Shown piece by piece: positions 47,633-58,227 of a stretch of DNA of 64,000 bases. The stretch comes from Podarcis filfolensis (taxonomy: Eukaryota), in the NCBI GenBank assembly GCA_964270895.1, contig OZ185436.1, one strand, 5' to 3'. The notes below the pieces were generated by a model, which saw only the letters and a list, made by a program, of their open reading frames with translations, did not search any database and was not told where the DNA came from. Both the position numbers and the translations under genes were made by a program. Within the stretch, counting starts at the first letter, position 1. Each line of letters starts with the position of its first letter.

Positions 47633-50530
47633 TGTATATATAACCGACTGGCTTGCGTTATGATAATGGAAAAGTTTTGGACTACTATGTGCGTAAAGGC
47701 TTCTCTCCCCCCGCCTTAAGATAAAACAATAGAACATCTGATTTTGTTAATTCTAACCTGTCAAACCCAATTATTCCCTGGCAGACTTCCGACTAAAGGG
47801 AAAGGAAACACCACGGTTTAGGGGTGGGGTGAGCAGAGAAGACCAAATAGAACGAAACAGATGTAAAAACAACCACCTTTGGTTTCAGTGCACAGCTATC
47901 AAGATCTGCCAAGTCTGTTTCGGTGCCTCAATAAACACTCCATAGATTTACACAGGGTAGCTTATTATTTTCAAACATCAAGATGACATATATACATTTA
48001 AATGCTCAGAGAATGTTCCAATATTTTTTGTTGTTGTTGTTGTTGTTGTTTTTGCTGCTGCTGATACTCCTGGGAAGGCACACATGATTTGCAAACACAA
48101 GACAATAAGGAAGGCTCTTCTTGGATCAAACAAAAATGGAATAGAGTAAACCCCAGTGCTTTGATCTCCGTTACATGATTTGACTGATATTTGCGTAAAA
48201 TCAAATCATATGACAAGTTAAGCCTGGAAAGGGGAGGGAAAGGAAACTTTCAAGTGGACTGTAAAATTGCCATAACATAAATTGTCATCGCCTTCGTGAC
48301 AGTATTATTTGATCTTCTCAAAGAGGACACTAAATAATAACTACAATAATAAGATATCAATAAACTTCAGAAATAGAGCACTATTTAAGTCAGAGGGACT
48401 CCATGAAAAGCTGGGAATCTTAGGAGGTAAAGCCAGTTTTATCCTTAAGAGCTTCCACTGTCATTAAAATAAACTTTTGTTTTCAGGTTCAGGAAATGGC
48501 TCCATTGTTTGAAATGTGTAAAGGAAATACTATAAAGGTTTATTGAGCCATTGAGGGTCTCTCCCAAGCGTTTGTACTGTAAATAGCTCCGAAAACACCT
48601 CAGGCATGACCTCCGGTGTGTGTGACTGTGTGAGAGATAGTTGGTGTGTGTCTGGTGAAACACACACATACGTGAAATATACATGCACAGTTTTATCCCT
48701 CCCAAATCTCCACAGGCCTGTACATGCATAGCCCCAAACTCCTACATTACTGAATCCAATAACACTACTATATGAAGAAGAGGACGAAGAAGAAGAAGAA
48801 ATCATAGACGGGCATAGAAGTCATCTTTAAACGCATAGAAAGAGATTACAGGTTTCAAAAGGAGTAGAGGACTATTAGCTTTCTTATATTGCACCTAAAC
48901 CAGAGAAACTTTCGCAAATATCGTGCTTTATAAACCACACGTTGAAGTTTTGCGCAGCCCAGGGTTAAATCCTACCATTCTCTGCCCAACTCAGTCGTAC
49001 TTGTTCTAGTGATCACACATACACACAGCGTCTCAGAAAGACCTACTGCCTTCACAAATCTCCCAGTTCTTGCACAACTTTCACTTAATGTCGATGGAAA
49101 GTTGTTTGAAGGGAGGGGCCGAGAGCCTAGCCCGGTAATTCTGTTCTACAGGGTTAAAAAGGCAATCTTATTTAGAAAGGTAGTCTTGCCTGCATCTGGA
49201 CTATTAGATTATTGTAAACTGAAGGAAGGAATTATCAGGGAAAGAAACAAAGCGATCGTACGAAGACCTTTGGAGGACTTTTGAAGAACCCAGAACTATG
49301 TTGTTCAAACACTAGGACAGGTCAAGAATTGTTCAACAGCTCAAAAAAGAAGCATTCACTCCAGAAAGCTTGTGACGAGACCTACAACTGAGTACACATC
49401 ACCCAAAGTTCTTTTATTGGGGACGCAGCAGGGGCGACATAAGATACATAAAAACCCAACCCATAGCCCATCCGAAGTTAAACACTAGGCTTTGACCGAT
49501 TTCCACTGCAACCCTTGCTTGAAATTGTTCCCCCGCCTCAATGGGGCTTACTTCCAACTTGCGTTTCAAGTAAATCTCATTGCGTTGAATGGGATTCTGA
49601 GCTTCATTCCAGAGGCTTGTTCCATCCAAAGTTTAGCGCTTGGGAAGTCCCATCGATTTCATTGCAAGAGGTTTGTGCTAAACTCTCCCACTGAAATCAA
49701 TATGACTTCACAAGTGCTGAACTTTGGATGGCTCGTGCCTCAGACTGACGGGGATTTGTTCTCGTTTTACATATTTATATATTTGAAAACAATTGACAGC
49801 AAAATAACAGTGGAAGTGCGGGTTTGGAGACAGCGCTCAAGCAAAGGCACCTCATATACGTTTTTCTCCCGCACTCCAAAATTGGCCTTAGGTGTTGATT
49901 TATTTATTATTTTAGCATTTATTCAATATGACAAAATATACTGTATATGTTCCATGGCCTTTCACATATGATATTACAACCAATAAATATATGGAATACA
50001 ACATCGGGGAGAAGGAAGGGGGAGGTGAATAAAAAGGGCTACATGTAAACAAAAAGTATACATTTGTATAAGAGTTCAGCGTTGTTCTTATCGTTATTAT
50101 TATTTTGCAAAGCTACATTAATTACGCAACCAATAAATACACAGGAATATTTAAGTCGGGAGAATTCACGCACACACATCCTTACCAGCCCCCACCCCAA
50201 GAGTGCTTTAATGTTTTTGCACAAATATCTCCTAGGAGAGATGGTCAAGCAGATTCGTTCATAGTCCATTCGCTTTTCATTCATATGCAAATAATACAAA
50301 AATAAGTCAACGGAGAGGAGGGGGGTTGAATAATAAAATGAAACAACCCCACCCCAGAAGGACACACCTCACAGCGAGCATATTTTTTTTAAAAAAAACC
50401 CAAAACAAAACACAATAACAAATCACCCCCACCCCACCCCCCACGTTTCAGGTTAAGTGCATCTAGGGAACTACATTGTGTGGAAACTCACCATCCACAC
50501 CAGAAGTAAACATTCTCACACACCTAGATC

Positions 50531-50615
50531 GTGCAGCCCGATCCTATGCACGTTTACTCGGAAGGAAGTCCCCCCCACGTTCAGTGGGACTGGTTGAGAA
50601 ATAAGTGCTCACAAC
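50531..50615. mobile_element. ~90-bp palindromic MITE family copy, ~0.6 kb past the HOXC5 stop
   Basis: GCAGCCCGATCCTATGCACGTTTACTCGGAAGGAAGTCCCCCCACGTTCAGTGGGACT. Confidence 0.7.
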
Positions 50616-51213
50616 AGGTTTGTCGCCCGTCCACCGCGTTGGACACAGAGGTAAACTCCCACGCCTTTCACAACGGGATTTACTTCCAAGCCTGACGTTT
50701 AAGGATCGGGGCCTCGGGACTTTCCAAAAGTCCTGAGGAGCCCCTCTTTTATGCATAACTTGGACTTGGGTTTCCTAAGCGTATTATTCTGATCTTCAGC
50801 GTAATCTTTTATAGACAGAGATATAGGTTTTAGATAAAAGGACCTCTCAAATGTCGCCCATTGGCTTGGTTTTCATTTGGCCGACATATTTCCTCCCAAT
50901 TTAAGGGGACACAGGTTAGAGTGGTGTGGTGGAAAACAAAACAAAACCCACCAACCCTCCAGCGAGCTGTACACTGAATTCTAGCTGAAAAGCTAAAGGG
51001 TCTGTTTGCATACTAATAAGAGAACGCCTTTGTCTGATAGATTTGTTAGAGTATGTAGTTCAGTCCAGTCTGCGACCCTTCCCCCCCCCACCCGCCCTTT
51101 TCCTCTCCCCACCTACCAAAGAAAACTTTTCTCAAGGTAGGCTACAACAACAACAGCAACTCTTGTGAATGTGAACTGACTCTCCCCGCCCAACCCTTGG
51201 CCCGGATTTCTAC

Positions 51214-51428
51214 CTAGAGAGACTCTTTGCTTTTCAATTTGGAATCTTTCTTCCATTTCATCCTCCGGTTTTGAAACCATATTTTGATTTGCCTCTCATT
51301 CAAACATAGGTTGTTGGCGATCTCTATGCGCCTCCGGCGGGTGAGATATCTGTTAAAATGAAATTCTTTCTCTAGTTCCAGAGTTTGGTAGCGAGTGTAG
51401 CTGGTTCTGGAACGTTTGCCATCTGCTT
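51214..51428 (-). CDS. HOXC5: HOXC5 exon 2 (homeodomain); not in the supplied ORF track because it has no start codon
   Basis: Acceptor TTCCAG|AA, phase 1. Encodes [74 protein letters not shown]. Confidence 0.98.
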
Positions 51429-51466
51429 CTGGAAGACAAAAGACATCGGATAAAAAAACCCGCTAA

Positions 51467-51501
<35 letters not shown>

Positions 51502-52159
51502 TAAAAATAATAATAGAAGAAGAAAAAGAAAAAGAAGGGTATAGGAAAGCGAAAGGTATCAAAGGGGGGGCCGAGAGAGATTTCTTGGTTCTACCCAGAA
51601 TACATTTTTAATATATTTAATGCTAAATAGAGGAGGGGCATTTTCCAACACTTTCTCATTAAAGTTTTGGGTTCAAGCTAAGGTTAGTCCCTAAAGAAGT
51701 GTTCTCCCTTTAAACCACGAAGAAGTGTATCTATAAGAAAGGAGGGAAATAGATCAAGTCGCCCATTTCCCTAGGTTAGGAAGGAGGCAAAACTTCTGAC
51801 TTTATGGAATGATGTGGTAAGGTCTGAAAAAACTCCTAAGCCCCTCTCTCCTTCCTCTTAAAGAACGCGAGCCTTTCCAAGTTATTTCTCCCCCTTAAAA
51901 AAATTCTTCCCTTCTTTCCCCCCCCAACAAAAAAATGGAATATTGCCTTTATACCCGTTTTGTTTCTATGATCCAATTATGCCGTCATAAATTTGGGCGT
52001 ATATCGCCTCTAAGCCTTTTAGTGGACAGTTTTACGAGCAATTGATGCCTTAGTCGTAAAATTTACGACCCCAGGTTTTTTCCCCCTTATTATTTGCCCC
52101 GTATGGCCTATAAAACCAAGGCAAATCCTGTGAAACAAAATCGAGAAGCGAAAGTTTAC

Positions 52160-52688
52160 CGTGGCTCATGTGTAGTTTGGTCATCCACGGATAAATTTGT
52201 GGTGGCTGCTGCTGCTGCTGCTGCTGTTGCTGTTGCTGGTGGTGCTGCTGTTGGTGCATGGACTGCCCGCTTTGCTGAGCTGTTTGCACCGGTTCACTCT
52301 TGATTTCCCCACTGCTCTTAGATCTATCTTCCAACGGCGTACTGTTGTTGTTGCTGCTGGTGGCTGTGGTGGTGCCACAAGCTTTCTGACTGTAAATTCC
52401 TGGGTTTAGAGAGGTCTGGTCGTCTCTGCCTAAAGTGTGCCCTGCAGATCCCATGACTGTACAGGAAGGTCGGTCGGGGTTAGGTCTGGGGGTTGAAGAC
52501 ATGTCCACACCGTTCAGAGAGTTGGCAGCCCCAGATGAAGGGAATGTAATGCTCAGATCAAGCCCACTGTAGCAATACCTGGAAGACTGAACCTCAGACA
52601 CAGATCCATAATTCCCATAACTTTGCATGGAATAGGCAGGAACATTTTGATTTTGCTTATAGAACGAATTGGCTACGTAGGAACTCAT
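52160..52688 (-). CDS. HOXC5: HOXC5 exon 1
   Basis: MSSYVANSFYKQNQNVPAYSMQSYGNYGS..RYCYSGLDLSITFP..PPQIYPWMTKLHMSH, then donor G|GTAAAC. Spliced CDS is 744 nt (247 aa); intron is 731 nt. Confidence 0.98.
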
Positions 52689-52864
52689 GTCAGGAATTAT
52701 ATTTTTTTCCCTCCCCACTCTCTCTCTTTCTCTCCCTCTCTCTCTCTCTCTCTCCCTCTCACACCCCTTTGATTAGGCTTGATTTGTGGCCCTTTTGAAG
52801 TTCAGGGTTTTTTGTTCTCTAAAGTGCAGAATTTATAGGTGGAGATTCTTCTTTTCTTTATTCT

Positions 52865-52965
52865 ATGTGCGCTGCCCAAATATGGGATGTTTAAATAGAA
52901 TCACGTGACGGTGTTGGCCAGTCATAAATTTGGCTTGATGACCCCAGGAGGTTATTGATGGAAGC
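52865..52965 (-). promoter_or_regulatory. HOXC5 proximal promoter
   Basis: TCACGTGA E-box (52901-52908), TATTTAAA TATA-like element (52897-52890), CCAAATATGG CArG consensus (52876-52885) and GTCATAAA homeodomain site (52921). Confidence 0.7.
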
Positions 52966-53051
52966 CCGAGAAACGTATGTGATATGTTGGCATAACGAAA
53001 CAAAAAAAAAAAAAAAGGCCCCACACTCAAAACACCGAGACAATGAGACTA

Positions 53052-53070
53052 TAGCGTCACCTGGTGCTGG
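53052..53070 (-). promoter_or_regulatory. Probable CTCF site (C5|6 boundary)
   Basis: Minus strand CCAGCACCAGGTGACGCTA versus consensus CCACCAGGTGGCGCT(A), two core mismatches. It lies between HOXC5 and HOXC6, where a CTCF boundary is known in mouse. Confidence 0.6.
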
Positions 53071-55359
53071 GTCTGGGGTATGACGTCTCGTAAAAATACT
53101 ACCCTTCCCTAACGCTCGAGGCTTATGGGTGTGAAACAACTCGCACAAACAGCCCCTAAGCCTTCGTTGGGATGGAAGACAAGAGCTAATTTCCCGTCCA
53201 CAGCGATTCATAGGAAATTTTCAGCCCTTGATGTGGGGTGGTGTAAAATATGGCCTTGGGACGCGTCCTCGTGTAAAAACATTTCCTTCTGTGTAGGCCG
53301 GATATTCCGTGTTGTATGCACATGTGTGTGCGCGCCCGCGCAGCAGCCTTATATGAGCCTGCTCGCTTGATTCAGTGTAAACAGACGCATATTCTCAATT
53401 AATGCAATCGAGATTGCATCTGCACTGAGTGCAACCAGGGAGACAAGTCCTGGATTCGAATTCCCTTGGTTAGCGTTACTCGGTACACCAGAGAATACAT
53501 ATGTAGGTGTAAGTGGGATATGCTGCAGGAAGTAAAGTCAGTGTGCTCTGTACGCTTTATGCTTTATGCACATGCATACATTGCATTGTTGACATGGATG
53601 CATATATAACTGGTCGCATGGAACTGCTTTTATGACTAGGTGCGTGCAGCAGATTTAAAGCAGCAGATTTAAACCTACGTTGTGTTAATCTTCTGTTCTT
53701 TGTATATCTCTCTGTATATGTGGAGTGCAGTATCTTTGGGAGTTGGGGTGGGTGTGTGTGTTCACTGGAGGTTATGAATCAACGCAGCCTCCCCATAAAT
53801 CAGCTTTGTACCTTGGGCGAATGAATAAACATTCACCTTGTTTTTTGGTGTCTGTATGTCTGTGGGCACGTGAGACGCCTCTTTAAAAAGCTTGGAAAGG
53901 GGGATATCAGGCAGGTGAAGGTATGTGCCAAGGCTCCCCTTCCTCACTGCAAATTCCTGCTTGCAAACATGAGGGTGGATCTGCCGGTTTCTCTTGAGAA
54001 ATATATTCCCTTCCGCCGGGGTGTTTAGCGAAACAGTTGGAAACAGAGAAGATTTTCCTTCCCACTTATTAAACTTTTTTAAAGAATAGGATAAAATAAA
54101 TAACATTGGAATACCTATGTGAGTTATAAATATATCATTTCATCTTTTTACCACCTCAGTTTTACGTGGTCTTTTTTGGGGGGGGCAGCTTTAACATAAA
54201 ACATAAACTTTTAATTTCAGTGGCCCTTTTAAAAGTCCTTATATTACCCTTCGCTTATGTTTGGTCCTTATTTTAATGTTTAGCTCAATTATGGCAGAGG
54301 GACATTTGGAAATACGGGAGCAAATCTCTTAAATATTGTTACCTGCATTCCCGTCCTCTATGTTGCATATATTTGCATTTGAAATTTATATGATCTCTCT
54401 ACTTACTACATGTGCTAGGCTTTTGTGGCATATCTAAAGAGAGATGTTCTTAAAGCCTTCCAAATTTTACGGACAAGCGGGGGTAAGGAATCGTCTTGTT
54501 GGGGGGTTGCTGGCATTTTCTTTTGTTTAATCGAAACCTGATAGTTTAGTGCAAAATGTTCAAAGAGTAGCAAAGGTTCCCAAGGCAGTGAATGCCTCCA
54601 GAAGACAGGATTACTTTCTCGAACGTTTGTACCTGGTTGAAAAGATGCCTCTGAGCTAAACATAAAAGCAGAGGGCAATTCCTGAGCCTAAGCCACAATG
54701 TAATGTTGATGTGCTCACTGCAAACTAGGCTATTGTCAATCGCGCCTTTGCGCCTTCTAAGCGTCTGCAATAAAACATAAAAATATTTCTGCCCACTACT
54801 CTGCTACCTCGAAATAAATATATCTAGAGAGGGGTGCCCTGGGAGTCTAGTTTCCATTGGCAGCTTTAATTTAAGAATAAATAAATAAATGCATTTGTTT
54901 TTAAGCAATTATTTGGCCTCGAGAATTAGGGAATAAAATGTCTGAGCTTTTAACACTCTGAGAGTTGGGGTTTCATGCAGTTTTCAGGGATGAAAGCGCG
55001 AAATGAAACGCAGCAAGATGGGCTATAGATATTCATTATATATATATTTATATATATACTTAAGGATACCTAACTGGAAGTAAATTATATCCGCCCACCA
55101 TCCTGTTTACTTCCGACTAAATATGCCGAGAGTCGTGCTGACAGGCGATCATGAATACTGGCATCTAAAAATGGAGCATTCTCACGCACGGAACCCGTGG
55201 TGGCTGATGCAAAACTCTTTCACCTGAGATCTTCCCCCAACTGAATTTCAGAAACCATTCAAGTAACTTTTAAAAATAATATCCAGTTTTTATTAAATAC
55301 TCAACCATAGTCCTCTGGACGTGACCTTTATACATGATGTTAGAGAGTGTAACACAAGA

Positions 55360-55373
55360 TTTATTTATTTATT
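55360..55373 (-). terminator. Probable HOXC6 polyadenylation signal (overlapping AATAAA x3)
   Basis: Minus strand AGTAGGAGGAAATAAATAAATAAATC, ~910 nt after the stop. Resembles the recalled end of the mammalian HOXC6 3' UTR. Confidence 0.65.
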
Positions 55374-56023
55374 TCCTCCTACTTGCTATAGAATTCCATT
55401 CACGTTTATACTGCTTGAACATTACAGTACTAAACATAAATATAAATACAGAGACCACAAATACAGCTAAAAATATTCACACAGAAACTGTCACAGTTTG
55501 TAGAATGCATAATGACCTCAGGTAGTGTTTAAATACAATTAGTTTACTCTGGAAAATGCTATATTTAGGTAGACATAGCTTGGAGGTGTGGGAGAAGGTG
55601 GGCATGGAAGGAAATATTTTCACAGGGGTAGGCAATTCAATTCCCCCCCACTTACATCACCGCCACCACCACAATAATTATCATCGTTTTGGAAGCGAAA
55701 CTGCATAGAGTGCCTTTTTGACATGGTTGATCTCAACGCAACCCAAAGCAGCCCCTACAGGGGGATCTGCCTTTTTGCAAGCAAAACTATTCTGTCTAGG
55801 GAAGTGGAGAAGGAATGGCGGGTGGTGGTGGTAGTGGTGGAGGGGTTTGCATTAAATACAGTCTTTATGCAAAGGTAGATAGCTGGGCTCGGATGCAAAG
55901 GCAGGGGGGGTTGGTGAGGTTGGAGGGGGGCTTGATGAGTTCCTTAAGAAGAAAGTTATGAAAGTGGGTGCATCACTGCTGGAGAGATGGAGGAGATGGG
56001 GGAGGGGAGGTCTCCCACGTCCA

Positions 56024-56025
<2 letters not shown>

Positions 56026-56097
<72 letters not shown>
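56026..56097. repeat. (CT)n / (GA)n microsatellite in the HOXC6 3' UTR
   Basis: About 35 units with one interruption. Confidence 0.95.
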
Positions 56098-56275
56098 ATA
56101 CAACCAAATGTATAGATTGTGCCAGTGGTAACAGAGAATGAAAAGGAGAAACTGGGAGTGGGGGCGAGAGAGAAAGAGACCGAGAGACCGAGAAAGAAGA
56201 GGAAGAGGGACCGTGTGCGAATGTGTGTGTGTGTGTTGGGGAAGGGAGAGGGATCTGGCAGCACCGTCAGTGTTT

Positions 56276-56620
<345 letters not shown>

Positions 56621-57432
56621 TTAGTTAACAGATTTGAAAATAAAATGCGTAAATACATAAAAAAAACACAGACACACAACGAAGACCGTCAGCCAGGCTT
56701 TCCCCAACCCCACCCTCCACACTCAGTCTTCATTGTCATCCACCGACCAACTCCCCCCCCCCCCAACCCACTGCACAATTTAATTCTGTGCCTTAGTCTT
56801 ACTACCCATTAAAATCATGCAGCACACATGGAGGATGGGGGGTGTCTAATTGAAAGCATGTTCCTATCTTATTTGCAAAGATTCAGAATGTGTTGTTTTA
56901 ATTATTTCTGCAAACTTGAAAAAAAAATCCAATTAGATTTTACTCCAATGCTGCTTTAATTACTAGGAATAGACACTCCTTCCATATATTATGAAGTCAA
57001 GCTACTTCATAAATCCCCCAGCTGTTATTGGACCTGTTATTGGACAAGACACTTTGCAATTTTTTTGCCTTAATAAAAATGCCCTATCTCACCTATCAGG
57101 GAAAATACATTTTTTTAAAAAATAATCAAAACACATCACTTCTATTCTACACCTTATTTCCACCACCCCCTCCAAGGGAAAAAAAAATCAGAGCTGATTG
57201 CACTTTATTATAGATATTTTACACTCTCGAAGTCTTTTAATTAGAAAGAGCATAACAAGCCATATTCGCTTGCAACAACTTAACAAATAAAAGGCCTGTA
57301 GCGGCAACTGTGAGGAAGCTATATTATTGTTTTTATGGGGCCATAAAAAGTAGCTGAGCCTGTTCTGCTAGGGAGACGGTCGTAAAGATGGTTCAGTTTA
57401 TTTAATTTATCTCTGCAAGCTGTAAAACTTAC

Positions 57433-57832
57433 CACTGTGGGAGTTCATGCGCTGCATCCACGGGTATATTTGAATGCTAGTTTTCTGTTCCTGGGATGTG
57501 CTCCTGTTTTGGTCACTTGTAAAATCCTGTGCAATGGAAGTTTGTGTATTGTGTCCCATAGAATTTTGCCTGCAGCTAGAGAGCATGTCTTTTTCTTGAT
57601 AAAAGGCATTAGATCCGTAATCATATGGTCCCCGACTGGAGCTAAACACAACATTATCTTGCGGTGAATAAAAAGGAGATGAATAGATCCTGTTTTGAGC
57701 AACCGCTGCTCCATAAGTTGAAAAATGCCTTACAGGGTCATAAGCAGAGGAATTGATCGCCACGTTGGGCAGGACCTCTTGACCACTGGTGAGGTGGCAA
57801 GACAACGACGGGTTTGTGAAATAGGAATTCAT
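57433..57832 (-). CDS. HOXC6: HOXC6 exon 1
   Basis: [48 protein letters not shown], then donor G|GTAAGT. Exon CDS 400 nt, spliced protein 236 aa, intron 846 nt. Confidence 0.98.
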
Positions 57833-57985
57833 ATCTTCCCCCCTATACCTGGCTTGTATGATTTCTTTAATATTTATTTCTGTCTCCAGTTTGTAGTCTG
57901 AACTAGATTGTTATAGGGACGGCTCCACTCCAGGACAGACAAAATGACAAAGTCAGCTGACCCGTTGTGAGCCAATAGGAAGCTA
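57833..57985 (-). promoter_or_regulatory. HOXC6 proximal promoter and conserved 5' UTR
   Basis: CCAAT box (~57969-57974), palindrome GTCAGCTGAC (57952-57961) and leader CTTTGTCATTTTGTCTGTCCTGG..ACAAACTGGAGACAGAAATAAATATTAAAGAAATCATA, matching the recalled mammalian HOXC6 leader. Confidence 0.75.
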
Positions 57986-58160
57986 GATGTCAAGACACGG
58001 AAAAATTGCTTTTGCTTGTGTTGATTCCCCAGTTGAAACTAAGTATGCATTGAAAGTAAGTCTCGAAATTCTAAATATAAGATGGTTTGGAAGAAGAGGG
58101 GGGAAATAGTAAGTATGGTTCGGGGGAGGGAGTGGGAGAGGGATGAAGAGGGAGGGGCAC

Positions 58161-58226
<66 letters not shown>
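58161..58226. repeat. (AAAG)n microsatellite upstream of HOXC6
   Basis: About 16 units. Confidence 0.95.

Positions 58227-58227
<1 letters not shown>

Noticed and set aside
51429-52159. miR-615 in the HOXC5 intron
   Set aside because: No GC-rich miR-615-like hairpin is present and the intron is AT-rich, consistent with a non-eutherian genome.
52689-52718. N-terminal extension MGREKNIIPD of HOXC5
   Set aside because: The ORF-track start is a GTG. The conserved MSSYVANS ATG is at 52688.
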